Below are positions 13,226-25,925 of a DNA stretch of 64,000 nt, piece by piece (position 1 is the first letter of the stretch; every line of letters starts with the position of its first letter). The notes below the pieces were generated by a model, which was given only the letters and a program-made list of their open reading frames with translations, was not told the DNA's origin and did not search any database. A program made the translations under genes and the position numbers. Origin of the DNA: Camelus dromedarius (lineage: Eukaryota). The DNA is taken from positions 116,686,001 to 116,750,000 of the forward strand of contig NC_087436.1 of NCBI RefSeq assembly GCF_036321535.1. Direction: 5' to 3'.

Positions 13226-15859
13226 TGCCTTAGTTGTGTCCTAAGGAAGCCCGGGGCATTAGAAGGGGTAGCTCAGAGACCTCACATACAGAAAGGAGGT
13301 GCATGGTGCTTTGGCCTGGTCAGCGGTCAGCTGGGTAACCTGGGCTCCACTTTCTTTATCTGGACAAAAGCAATCATCAAACCCATCCTACAAACATTTA
13401 AAGACTCAGAGGAGGGATCAAATAAGGAAAAGTGAATGGGACAGCACCCAAGAGAAATTGTATTCCGTCAAGTCTTCCATCCACTAGAGTTCAGCTCCTC
13501 CTCCCTAAATTGCTCATCCAGTCCCCCATGGACTCAAGTCCAAGGACAAATCTGATTTAGAAAGCCCTGCTTTCTGACCCTAGAAATATTTCTTTAGATC
13601 ATGTGTATATGCCTGACCTTCATGTTCATCTGAATGAGTTTACTGGGAGTTCCCTCCCTTCTACGTGGGACTAAAGGATCTCAAATCCCATTTAAGGCTG
13701 AATTTAAGAAAAATAAGGAAGCCAGCAAGGACCAGGTCTGTTTTGATTTATCTATACTGAAGACCCACTGTGTGCCAGGCATTTTACCAAAGAGTTTATA
13801 TAATCATGACATTTATTTTTCTGAGTTCAGAGCTCTGAGCATCAGAGAGTTAACCCTTCCCCAAGTCCACTGCCAAGAAGCAGCGTATTTGGAACATTGG
13901 GCACAAGGAGGCTCCACCCTCTGGGTGCAGAAGCTCCACCTGCACCAGCTTCCCTGGGCAGAAATGTCGTATCCAGGATACAGGGGTGGGTAGGCTGTCC
14001 TAGAAGCTCCAGCCTGCCCATCCCACCCTGGGAGAGGAGGGCGGCAAGCCTGGACCTCCTCCAGCATATGGTTGATCAAAGAGGGAGGAGGGAAGGCGAC
14101 TGAAGGCAGCACCATCCCCAGGGCCTCAGGGTAGGCAGCTGCCATCAGCCAGTAAGAAAAAAAAGTCCATTTTTAAAATAGTATAAGAAAAATTAAACTT
14201 GCAGTCCCACCATTTCGTATGAAAGAAATCAAGAGTGAAAATAAAAACGGTTCCAAGTTATTTTATTCTGAATTTATTTTTAATGCCAATGACAACAAAA
14301 TAGCTCTTTTACGTGAGTCATTTTACAAAACAGAAAGCATGATTTCCTGAAATGGCATTTTACAGAAGCTGAGAGGAAACTGCTATTTGACACGAGAAAA
14401 ATGGAATTCAACTAACTGTTCACTCGGGCCTCCCTCTCCCTCTCTGTCTCTTTCTCTCCCTCTCCCTCCCTGGCATGGTCTCCTCTCTCTTCTCTAGCTA
14501 GCTCCTTGCTCTTCCTGCAAATCTCATTTAAGCTGTCACTTTCCCAGAGAGGTCTTTTCTAGTCGCCCCCCTCATTTTAGATGAGCTCCCCCATTACACA
14601 CTCCCAGAGAGTATGTACCATTTCTTCATTGCACTTTCCAAAATTGTGTTCTTTACTCTGTATGTGTTCATGTGCCGGGTGCTTGGGACATGATGAAGGG
14701 TAGACCCAGACATGACCCTGCCTTCCTCAGAGCTTACGGTTTAATAGGGGGAGCTAGAAATTGTCTGTGTCTCTTTCAATCAATTATACTAAGAAATGCA
14801 GAATTCCAGAAAACAAATGTCCTTAAGGTAAGAATCATGAGAGCACATAGCAGGGAACTGTGCTTACACATTAAACAAACACCTAAACACACGTCTCTCT
14901 CCTACCAGACGTGGTTTTGTTTACTGTATATTTGTCCCCCGTCCACTGACCCAATGTTGGGTACATATTAGGTGCTCAGTAAATGATTATTGAAACACTC
15001 AATGAAATGGGAAGTAGCCCACTTCTGACACGTGGGCTAGTGGTGTAGTTAATGCCTGTGGCTGTGGGTTCAAAGCTGAACCCGGCGGGTCTAAAAGACA
15101 AATATTTGCTCTATTATCACCAACAATCCTGCAAAGCCAGCTCTCATGCTTGACGTGGATTCCAAATCCAATGAATTATTCTCCATCTTTAACTTCACTG
15201 TTCTCCGGACTGGGTTGGGTCCTGTTGGCACCACCTCCTGGAAGAAACGTACTTGATGTGACGTGAGCTTCTGCTAAAGTTCTTCTCCGTCTCTGGGTGG
15301 TCCTTTCAGCCTTATCTGATCCCTTCCTAGGATGCTGGTCCTGCTCAGGCTCCTCTCTCTGTTCTCCTGCCCAACAGCAACAGGTATCAAGTGAGAAGAA
15401 AAGATCAGCTGCCCTCTAGATGGGTGTTCATTTATTTATTTAGCTTAATAAGCATTTGACCAGCAATGACTAAGTTCCAGGCACTCTTTCAGGTGCTTTA
15501 TAAATAATAACTCATTGAGAGCTACTAACTTACAATGTGAGATTAAGACCTGGCTGGTAGCAGAACTCCAACAATCCTCCAGTACCTCCATCGTTGAGAA
15601 ATAGCCGATACTCTGTATCACTATTCTGTAGACACAGCTGTAAATGCCCCAGTCACCGCTTCTGCCCAGATTGCTGCTGCCTCTCAGCCAGCATCCAGCA
15701 TCCTCCCCATCCAGATGTGATCCCTGCTGTATCCGTAGTGTGCAGGTATCAACCCAGGCAGCGCTCCCAAGTATCTCCAGCCCCAAATATCTCAAATAGG
15801 GCTATCTCCTCCTCCCTGCTCCATCTTACATGTTCCTGGAGACCCATCCAACCAAGCCA

Positions 15860-16000
15860 CGGTCTTCAATTTCCTCATCAGTAAAACAGAGATGATAGTA
15901 ACCTACCTCACAGAGTCACTGCGAAGACCAAATGAGCTAATATAATGTGAAGCCCTTATTACAGTGGCCCATGGCAAGTATTGTGCAAATTTTTATTATG
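15860..16000 (+). mobile_element. MIR fragment
   Basis: tttcctcatcagtaaaacagagatgatagtaacctacctcacagag. Confidence 0.7.
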
Positions 16001-16889
16001 ATCAATTCCCACATATCCTCAGGCTCATTCCCAAACCCTTATTCACATCTCTATTTGCTCATTCACCAAACAACGTGTCTGCTTATCTTCAGTCTCTTGC
16101 CTCACAGCAAATTCCTTGAAAGCAGAGACTGAGTTTTATTTGTCCTTCTAACATTTAACACAGAACCTGGCAAGAACCAAGGGTTTAGTAAAGGTCTGTG
16201 GTAGTAGCAAATATTACCTGTTTTCATCTGTGTCCTCAACTTGGTATAGAGGGTCTGGGACACACCTTTACTGTAGGACATTCTATCACACTGGTTAGGA
16301 GGCAGGAAGGGGAGGGAATGTTTCCAAGGGGAGAATTTTGGCTTATGTCCCTAGGCAATAGGTGCAACCAATCCTGAAATAGATAATGTCTGCTTGCTCT
16401 GTCTGCAGCACGATTTTAAGCATTTTCTTGTCAAAGTACTGAAAAAGAAATCGAGCAAATATATCTTACTCATGGCCAGGAAAGTGGGATGGTGGCAGCC
16501 TTGTGGATATCTTTATAAAAGAAATGGAAGAAGTGATTAAGGGCTTAAAATAATTTTGACTAGGCAAGGGTTAAAGCTGGCAGAACATTTTACAGGCGCA
16601 AAAAGTGATCACCACTTTTCATCAAGATGAAATCACTACAACTGCTGAAGTGTTTTAAGCAGTAAAACAGTTAAATGACAATTTCTAAATACACAGTCTC
16701 TGTGTAAATATATCATTGTATATGTTCTGCTATAGTATTTGCATATTCCTATTTGCCATCAAAACTGTGTTTCTTTTATTTTACGAAAGACATAGAGATT
16801 GTTGTAGGTAATTTTCCCTACCCATGTTCATTGCCTTACCAGCTCATGTAACAACCCAAATTCCTTTGAAAGCCAACTCCACAGAATAG

Positions 16890-17115
16890 CCATGAAGCAC
16901 ATGGCTTGGAGTCAGGAGGTCTGAGCTCCAGCATGACCACTGTGTTCAAGCTGCTTGATTAGCCACTCACTTCTCTTCTTTAAGTCTTGAGCTTCTTTTT
17001 TGGTGAAATTAAAAACAACACCTACATCACAAATTGGGTTCTGAAGTTTGAATGAAATAATGAATGTTAAATGTTTGGAGACTGTGACTGAAGACTGTGA
17101 ATGCATAATAGGAGC
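16890..17115 (+). mobile_element. MIR SINE
   Basis: ggcttggagtcaggaggtctgagctccag ... cacctacatcacaaattgggttctgaagtttgaatgaaataatg. Confidence 0.6.
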
Positions 17116-17476
17116 CCACTTAAGATAATTCCAGGGTCTCTATAAAGTCACCTTGGACATTTATTTGACTTTGGAGTTAGACAGGCTTGGATTCCTTTTC
17201 TGGCTCCATATACTAGATATCTTTTTTAATAACAATGACCTTTTGTTTCCTGTGGAATAATTATATCAATCTCATAGCACTGAATGCATAATTAGTGTTA
17301 AACGCATTACGTAGATTATCTCATTTAATCCTCATTGCAATTCTGCTTTCTTTATCCCCCAGATCCACCCCTTCATCTCTATCTCATGCTGTAAATCCTG
17401 TAAGTAGATTTTTTTCCCATTGCCAAACCTGTTTCTTCTCTAATTCTCATTGAAATACAAATACTTTATACATAAG

Positions 17477-17925
17477 TGTATTAGCCAGGTGATTCTACAA
17501 GGATAGATGATAGATGGGTAGATAGATGGATGATACATACATACATACATACATACATACATACATACATACATACATAGATTATAAGGAATTGGCTCAT
17601 AAAATTATAGAGGCTAAAAAGTCCCAAGATCTCCTGTCAGCAACAGGGATACTCAAGAGAGTCAATGTATAGTTCCAGACTGGGTCCAAAGGCCTGAGAC
17701 CCAGGAGAGAGTATGGTTTAAGTTCCAGTTTGAAAGCTGGTGGGCTCAAGACTCAAGAAAAGCCAATGTTTTAGTCCAAGTCCGCAGGTGGGAAAGCCCA
17801 GTGTGCCAGCCCAAGCAGTCAGGCAGAAAGAGTCCCCTTGTCATCAGCCTTTCCATCCTATCCAGGTCATTAATGATTCAAGAAGGGCTGCCCACTTTGA
17901 GAAAAGCAATCTGCTTTACCCATCT
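17477..17925 (-). mobile_element. ERVL LTR (MLT2B-like) with internal GATA/ATAC microsatellite
   Basis: tgtattagccagg ... ttataaggaattggctca ... aagtcccaagatct ... ccaaaggcctgaga ... gcaatctgcttta; about 11 ATAC units at 17533-17576. Confidence 0.85.
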
Positions 17926-18119
17926 GAGTTAACATTCATTCCATTGTTGTTTAGCTCAGAGAAGGGTTTTCCTTCTGAGTAAAAATCTGTCTCTTTTAGC
18001 TTTTACCTCTTCAGCCCTATTTATAGCACAGAAATCAACACAAAACCATCAACACTTCCATAAACACGTGTCCTGTTCCTGTCTTCTTGGCCCAGTTTGA
18101 TGATCATGATGATGAAGAT

Positions 18120-18360
18120 GATGATGGCCCTTAACTACGATTTCTTAAATCCCTATAACATGTCATGACCCTTCCGTAATTAGCCTCATTTCATTCACAC
18201 AACCTACAAAAGCTGAACCAAATTGTCTGTTGTCCAAATGAGTCGCCCAAAATTTAGACGTGGGAGTAGTTTGCTCAATGTCCCCAAGATAGTGGAAGGC
18301 AAGTTGGGTTTTGAAATCATGTCTATGTGACTCTCTAGTCCATTCTCCACCTACCACATT
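18120..18360 (-). mobile_element. MIR SINE
   Basis: ctcatttcattcacacaaccta ... ttgggttttgaaatcatgtctatgtgactct. Confidence 0.6.
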
Positions 18361-19099
18361 AGGTAGCTTTGCCCAAAAGTAGCCAACAAAAAGGAAATCA
18401 AAAGTAAATTTATGTTGTACCCACCCAGGGGTCCTGCTAACTACACCAAGGATGTGCTGGAGTAAGAGGGGCCCTTGAACTTAGAGAGTGAATCATTCAG
18501 GGGGAAAGAGGTAGTAATTATATTCTCCCTCCCAATTTTATTCACTGTTGTAATTTTGTTTTCACTGTACTTATAAACACCACCAGTAGCTTCTTTTGCT
18601 TACCAAGAGAGATGATCAGCTGAAATTTCTTGGCTGCCCCAAGGCTAATTCTGCAGGGAACCTTCCTAATTAAGTCAGCTGTGCAGACTTTCATATGATT
18701 GTCTTAGTTCTCAAGAAGTCTACCTGTTCAAGCATCATGTCCCCAGACTGCAGATGTTCGATGAACTGTGCAAAACTCAGCCACTCCTCACGGGTAACAC
18801 TGAGGTGAGAGCAGGCATGGGGCCAGTGGCAGTAGGATGGCTGCCCTGAAACTCTGTGGCAGCCTTTGGTGATGCCAGGTATTTAACTGGCTTTTCTTGA
18901 GTGGGATTTACTTAAGATTTCTCTTGTAATCCCGTGCATCTATAATCATCGACCTGTGGCAGGAAGTGTATTACAGGCTGAGGGATGGCAGGTAGGTCTG
19001 CAAGTCATAGCTAGGGATTCCTCAGTTGTTCCAGACAAACAAGATGCCAAGGGTTGGTCACATATCCTGCTCGTTCCCTCGGTTTATCCTAAACAAGAG

Positions 19100-19240
19100 C
19101 ACTGGTTCTCAGACTGTAATGTGAGTAAGAATCACAGGAGAACTTGTTTATGATGCACAGCCCTATACCTGAAGCCCAGAGATTCTAAATTATAGGTCTT
19201 GGGTAGAGCTTTGGAATCTGCATTCTAACATGTTTCAGTG
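19100..19240. mobile_element. MER5A-like hAT-Charlie MITE
   Basis: ctggttctcagact ... agaatcacaggagaacttgtt ... cccagagattcta ... ggaatctgcattctaaca. Confidence 0.7.
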
Positions 19241-19280
19241 ATACAGAGAAAACACTGTGAAACCAACCATAGAGGGGACC

Positions 19281-19800
19281 TGTATTAAACTGGTTCCCCA
19301 GAAAAAAGAGCTTAAGGCATTAATGGTTGACTACTTTATTAGAGAATTTGATCCTAGGGAAGCTGGAATGAGGGCAAAAGGGGATATGACAGGCTGGGAG
19401 GGAGTGCCAATAGGATGCGATGACACCAGGCTGGCTAAGCACTTCATGTCATGCCCAAGGAATTATTCCATCTCACTCTCTCATGATATTATCTTCCTGG
19501 TGGCCTCACAAGCCACTTTGTTCTGGACAGTTCCTTTGGGTAATGGAGAGGAAGAGCATATCTGCCAGCTTAAGTTTCCCAATGTCAAAGATAAAGCCCA
19601 AAGGGTTCTAACTCCCCTGTGTGTTCAGTTGTTCCACATGGGCCCAGGTGAGTCCTGCAGCATCTCATGCTCGAGCAGCAGCTGAGGGGCTCAGTGCTGG
19701 AGGTGAGAGGTTCCAGGTGTGGCTGTGAGGCTGGGTGCTGGCAGCCTCTAGAGGCAGAGATGGAGTAGACGCAGCAGAGACAGCTAAGGAAGCTCATGTA
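19281..19800 (-). mobile_element. ERVL-class LTR (LTR16-like)
   Basis: tgtattaaactggttccccagaaaaaagagctt ... tactttatt resembles the antisense LTR16 3' terminus; right boundary uncertain. Confidence 0.5.
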
Positions 19801-21105
19801 GAATGCCACTGCAGCCAGATTTGGCTCTGAACTAATGGCCAAGAGGACCTGATTGGCACTTCCAAGCCATCTGACACAGACTCCAGGGCCAAACCTCCTC
19901 ACCCCACCTACTTGGAGAAGAAATCTAATTGTGGACAAGAACAAAATGGGGTTGAAGGCAAACCATGGGGACTACACTCTCCGTGGACTGAAATATGAAA
20001 CTCTGAGCTGGAAACTCCTCTCTGCTCCCTTCCCCGCATGCACCTCTGTTTTGGACAAGATTGACTAGAGAACCACATGCCTGGAAAGCTGATCTGGACC
20101 AGGCTGAGGGGAGAAGGAAACAAGCCTCAGGGAAGTTACCTGGGGGTAAGGAGTTTGTTCTCCCTTCACATCTCTCACCTCTGCGGTGGTAAGATCCAGA
20201 AGATCCCTGCAGGGCCAGGATGAGCATAAGGAGAAGCAGGTATGGAGCAGGCCGTGGAGTTTAGTCTAGTCTTGGAGGAAGGGTGGAGCCAAGGAAGGGC
20301 TTCAGAGTTGTCCCAGTGTGAGATAGGTCAAGCCCAGACCCAGCCACTGTCTGGTTTTCTAACACTTAAACTCTCAGAGTTCCAATCTCCTTCTTTTAAA
20401 ATAGAGAGTAAAGTCTGTCCTGAGAAGTGGTGGGAGTGTTCACCTAGGATAATACATGCAGAATAAGTGGGACGGCACAGGTGCTCAGCTGGTGTGAGAG
20501 CCTTCATTCCTTACCTTCTGCCCCAAGGTGTAGTCTGAAGGCCTACACCTCACAGGACAGAAATTCAGTAGAATTGGGGAATCTTGTATGAGTCAGCAAA
20601 AAAGGGGATGCTTTTGACTGTGCTTATGCCACTGGTGTTTATGCTGCTCAAAAGGCTGACATGGCAGTTGTTGGGTCCTGGGGGATGATTCAGGGATGGG
20701 CCCTGAAAATGGTTCCTTCTCCCCTATCACAACCAATAGCAAGACAACCAATGTCAAGCCAGGGCAGCCTTTGCATTGAAAGGCCTGGAATATTTGAAGG
20801 CATGACCTCAGGTGCTATTTAAACAGAGATTACAGCTGCTGTTCATAGGATCTCTACCACCAGGGCTGCAAGATGGTTTAAAGCTATGGTGTCCCTTTCT
20901 ACAACACACAGCAAACGTCTATCATATTTGCCTTCCTAAAAAACCTCAGATCATTTATTTAAAATGGCATTATAAAAATACTGTTTTGATGAGGGAAAAA
21001 AAATGTGTTTGGAACTAGAGAATTATGGGCTTGCATTAGGAAAATTGTTTTTCTACAGGAATTTCCAAAACAATGGTGTTTCAAGGTTATTCATATATGC
21101 TTCCA

Positions 21106-21422
21106 TGTCAGTTTCCTAGGTCTGCCATAACAGTACCACAAATCATGCAGTTTATGACCACAGACACATGTTTTCTTACAGTTCTGGAGGCTAGATGTCC
21201 TAAATCAAGGTGTCAGCTGGGCCATGCTTCCTCCAAAGCCTCTAGGGGAGGTCCCTTCCTTGCCTCTTCCAGCTTCTGGTAGCCCAGGCATTCCCTGGCT
21301 CATGGCAGTGGAACCTCAACCTCTACCTCCATCTTCATGTGACCACCTTCTCCCTGTGTCTCTGTGTCTTCACAGGCTGCTCTCCTTTCTGTGTGTCTCT
21401 CCTCTTCATTTAAGCACATCAG
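21106..21422 (-). mobile_element. MaLR LTR (MLT1C-like)
   Basis: gtttcctaggtctgccataacagtaccacaaa ... acagttctggaggctag ... atcaaggtgtcagctgggccatgct ... cttgcctcttccagcttctggt. Confidence 0.9.
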
Positions 21423-21693
21423 AAGAAAGCAAATTCATGGTTACCGGGGGGTAAAGGGGTGGGAAGAGATAAATTGGGAGTCTGAGATTTGCAGATACTA
21501 ACCACTATATATAAAATAAATAAACAACAAGTTTCTACTGTATAGCACAGGCAACTACATTCAATATCTTTTAGTAACCTACAATGAAAAAGACTATGAA
21601 AACGAATGTATGTCTATGTATGACTGAAACATTATGCTGTACACCAGAAATTGACACATTGTAATTGACTGTACTTCAATTGAAAAAAAAAAA
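21423..21693 (+). mobile_element. Young L1 3'UTR fragment with poly(A)
   Basis: aaattcatggttacc ... actgtatagcacagg ... gctgtacaccagaaattgacacattgtaattgactgtacttcaatt(A)n. Confidence 0.9.
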
Positions 21694-22129
21694 GAACATA
21701 CTCAATCCATAATGGGCAATCCCTCAGTACAGGAGCCATGCTTTCATCTAAGACCTGGTATTAATGACACGAAGCCTTAACATTCAAATTGTTTGGCATA
21801 AATTGAGAAATCTAGGTAACCCCTTATTAACCCATTCCATCTGCTCATCTGTAAAGTTTAGTGAGTGTTGTTCCAGGTGCTGGGAACAGAGCATGAACAA
21901 CACAGATCAAGTCCAGGCTTCAAGCAGCTTGTATCACTCCTTCATTAATATTCACTGAGCACCTACTATATGTTTGGGGATGTTCTACATGGCAGATTTC
22001 AAAAGGGACAACAGTCCACCTTCCTGAAGCATGCATTTTAAGAACTTTACCCCCTCCTTCTTCTCTCCTTGAAGTGCCTTAGAATTCTTCTCTCCACATT
22101 TTGCATTGTTCTAACCTTCCTCTTAGGAA

Positions 22130-22342
22130 GTTATGGACCACTCAAATTTTATATGTTGAAATCCTACTCTCAGTGTGATAGTACCTGTCAGTGGGGCTTT
22201 GAGGGGTGGTAATTATGATTACATGAGGTCGTGAACCCTCATAAATGGAGTAACACCTTTATAAGAGAGCTTGCTTCCTCCCTCTGCCCTCCATCCTGTG
22301 AGGATGCAATGAGAATTTGGTGGTCTGCAAACTTAGAGAGGA
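22130..22342 (+). mobile_element. MaLR LTR (MLT1A-like), 5' portion
   Basis: tatgttgaaatccta ... ggggctttgagggg ... ccctcataaatgg ... tttataagagag ... tgtgaggatgcaatgagaa. Confidence 0.75.
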
Positions 22343-22427
22343 AAGTAATTCTGGTTTGCTTCTCTTTCCTCCTAGAAAATATTTAAAAGAAAGAGAGAAT
22401 TAAGGGAATGAAAAATTTAAGATATAT

Positions 22428-22741
22428 ATCTGGTATATCTATACAATGGAATACTACCCAGCCATAAAAAGAATAAAATAATGCCATTTGCAACAACATG
22501 GATGGACCTGGAGATCATCATTCTAAGTGAAGTAAGCCAGAAAGAGAAAGGAAAATGCCATATGATATCACTTATATGTGGAACCTAAAAAAAAAAAAAA
22601 AAAAAAAAAAAAAAGACCAAAATGAATTCATTTACAAAATAGAAACAGACTCACAGACATAGAAAACAAATAGAAAACAAATTTATGGTTACTAGAGGGT
22701 AAGGGGGTGGGAAGGGATAAACTGAGAGTTCGAAATGTGCA
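22428..22741 (+). mobile_element. Young L1 ORF2 end plus partial 3'UTR
   Basis: tggtatatctatacaatggaatactac ... gccatttgcaacaacatggatggacctggag ... cttatatgtggaacct(A)28 ... gaaacagactcacagacatagaaaacaaa. Confidence 0.9.
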
Positions 22742-22892
22742 CCTCCTGGGGAGTGACGGAAATGTTAGCTATCTTGATTGTGGTGGTAGTTTCATGCATG
22801 TATACATCTACCAAAATTCATCAAATTGTACATCTGAAATATGTGTTTACTGTACAGGAATCATAGCACAACAAAGATGTTTTTTAAAAAAG
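22742..22892 (+). mobile_element. Old L1M 3' end
   Basis: ggaaatgttagctatcttgattgtggtggtagtttcatg ... aaaattcatcaaattgtaca. Confidence 0.75.
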
Positions 22893-23932
22893 AGAGAGAG
22901 AAAATATGGAAAAAAAAAAAAAAGCTTAATGTGTTCCTACTTAAAAGCCAAAGCCCAATTCCACTTCGGGTGCTGAGTTTGGCTTCCTTCCTCTCCTCTG
23001 CTGCTCTGAGCCCTGCCTCGTCCCACCATCCCCTCTACACACTGTTCATCACCGGGGTTAAGCGAAGCCTATCAAGGACTCCTCAGCGGTGTTTGTACTG
23101 TTTTCATTTTTCTTCATCTGATTCTCTCTTTGAGACTCAAATTCAGCCGATGTGAAGACAGATGGCATGAGGCCCCTTTGCCCTGCCAGCTTAGCCACCC
23201 TGGCCAGGATTCAGGCCCTGTGTGGAGAGGGAGTGATTTTGCCAGCATGGGCTAAAAATACTACTGTGTTTTTAACCTCCGGGGAAAGTGTTTGGCAAAC
23301 AGCCTATAGCAGATCCGTGTGTGTGCGTGGATGATGTCATAGTCCTGGCCAGATTTGTCTAAACAAGGCTCTGCTCAAGAAAAATGGCTAGCTAGAGCCG
23401 CCACTGAAATGTAAAATTAGGAGACATAGCTATGCTGGTCTGGAAAGAGAACTGGCTAAGAGATTAGAACTTGGGCCACTGTCGGTTCTTCCTCCAAATC
23501 ACCATAGTGGTTGGTCACTTCACCTCAAAATGACTCCACTTCCTTATTGCAAAATGAGAGATTCAGTCTATAGCCAATTTAGTTCAACTATCGCTGGGTG
23601 ATGTAGTTCTTGGTATTGTAATGGACTCCAAGATGGCAGACAACTATAACCACCCTCCAGAAATGGATACTTTGTTATGACATGTATAGCCCCAAACCTC
23701 ATCCCTTCCTTGGGAACCTCTCGTGAGGCTCCCTCTGCTCAGAAATCTCTTCTCTCCTGAGCCGCACTTGGCTGGATTCTTTCTACCACTCAGGCCTCAG
23801 CTGCAATGTCACCTCTGCAAAGACTCAACCCCAGACCACCTTATATAAGGAAACCCCATCCTATGCATCCTAGGCCACTCTCTGTCCTCTTATCCTGTCT
23901 CATTCCTTCATTACGCTGTGCTTTCTCTTACA

Positions 23933-24072
23933 TTTTTTTCTTTCTTTATTTTTATTTTAATTTTATTTTTTTTAATTGAAGTACAGTCAGTTGCAATGTG
24001 TCAGTTTCTGGTGTACAGCACAATGCCCTAATCATGCATGTACATGCATATGTTCATTTTACATATTTCTTT
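23933..24072 (-). mobile_element. Young L1 3' end
   Basis: T-rich tail followed by aattgaagtacagtcagttgcaatgtgtcagtttctggtgtacagc, the reverse complement of the 21.6-kb copy. Confidence 0.9.
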
Positions 24073-24480
24073 ATCACTGACATTTCACCTGTCCCGTGGC
24101 CCTGGCAGAACAAAGCCACTAATGTCCTTAAGCTGTCGTGGTGCCAGTGCTGAGAAGGGACACCTGGAGACAAGTTCATCTATCACCAGTATGGTGAGAA
24201 CTTGGTAATTCTGAGACTCTGTTTTGTTTTGTTTTTTTCCAAATGGGTAATGGCAATAATGACACCAACGTAGAGGCAGCATTGTGGTGATTAACTTATG
24301 CATTTATGCCAAGTGCCTAGAACAACGTCCAGTATATCTGGATGTCTTAATTTTTACAGTTAGCACCATGAGGCCCTCCTGGGAAAAAGTAATGTGAGCT
24401 ACACAATCTAATCGTATTTAGTGGGTAATCAGTCATTGATAAACCACCTATCATTTCTGTGACTAAAGAGGTTAGAGGAG

Positions 24481-24571
24481 AATCACTATGCTGCACACCA
24501 GGCATTAACACAACATTGTAAATCAACTATACTTCAATTAAAAAAAATAAGAGTAAATAAAATTTTAAAAC
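24481..24571 (+). mobile_element. Very short 5'-truncated L1 3' end with TSD
   Basis: aatcactatgctgcacacc ... ttgtaaatcaactatacttcaatt plus A-rich tail; TSD core ttagaggag at 24472-24480 and 24576-24584. Confidence 0.85.
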
Positions 24572-25799
24572 AGAATTAGAGGAGTCCAAGAAACTGAGCA
24601 GAGACATTCAGGGGAAAGCTCTTCCTGCATTTACTTACCTCCTTCACCTCTGCGATTTCCAAAGGTCTGGGGCACGGGTGCAGCAAAACTAGGGCAGGAG
24701 ATAAATCCAAAGGAGAGGAGATGTTACATTCAGCAGAGCCCTTCACCTGTGAGCTGTGAGATATTACACTGAGTCCTGGATTTCCCTGTGTTGGGGACTG
24801 CCTTCCTGTGGGGTGTGTCAGGGTGGTTGGGCCAGGAAGCAGGGAACACCTGAAGATTCCTTCTGGAAAGAATATATTTCTATGGGAACAGCCCTACCAG
24901 CTTTCACTCACTGAATATGGCCAGATGTGTTTATGTGTCGAGATTTTCCCCAGTGCTTCTTAGCAGCCATGAAAATTACCCAATGAGCAGCACAGACCCA
25001 GGTGAAACGGAGCACGTCTGAATTCCAGCAGAGGACGTGACTTAACGTTCAGCCGAGGTTCTTCCAAAAAATGCCAGAGTGATGCCAAAGGGAGAACACA
25101 GCTCCGTGGAGGGCTCATAGGTGTGCCCTGAAGGAGCCAGGATATGAGATGAGAAAGGAAAGGTAATTAACGTGAGGTGAGCCCCTCCTGGAGGCTCACA
25201 GTCAGACTGCCCGAGGCACCCACATAAACAGGTGCTAAACAATAATTAATCAGAAATGCCGGTGCTAATTAACCCAGGGATCCACCCAGGAGCTCCTGCA
25301 TAATTGGTAAAAAATATACAGAGATTTTGATCAATTGCAGGAGACAGTACCTTCAACTAGGAGTTTATAAAATAAATAACACTTCTACCCTGAGGGTGCT
25401 GGACAGTCTCTTGTGTCTTGGGGGGGTATCTGTATATGTAAGCTGCACGGTGCAATCCCAGACTTGACACCACCCCGAAACCAGCTGTGTGACAGCAGTC
25501 TGAACTTGGCAGTCACCACTGGCTGAAAGGAAGAAACCAAACACCACATGGTATTGGGATGTTTACCCAGGACCTGCAAATTTTTTATCACCTAAATTTG
25601 TTTTATTCAAAAAAGTTGGAAAGAAAATTGGGGGGTGAGCAAGAATAACAGGAAACTGATACGGTTAGGTCAGGCTTTGCCATCTCTCCTCTTTTTATTT
25701 TTCTCCTCCAACACATTGTCTCGGCCTTAGAGAGGAAGTCAATTAAGAATTAAATCTGTTTCTGCATAAAATGGTTATTCATAAGAAGTCAGTTTCTGC

Positions 25800-25925
25800 A
25801 AAGGAAACTGGGTGATGGGTACTTCTTAAGACGTCTCTGTAATATTTTGGCAATTTCTTGTGAGTCTATAATTATTCCAAGATAAAAAGTTTAAAAATAA
25901 GAGCTTTTTTAAAGTATAAATAAAA
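25800..25925 (+). mobile_element. Old L1M 3' end
   Basis: ggaaactgggtgatgggtac ... tctctgtaatattttggcaatttcttgtgagtctataattattcc. Confidence 0.7.

Noticed and set aside
19257..19944. 142-aa and 119-aa ORFs
   Set aside because: They overlap an LTR relic, have no recognisable domain or splice structure, and are of chance length
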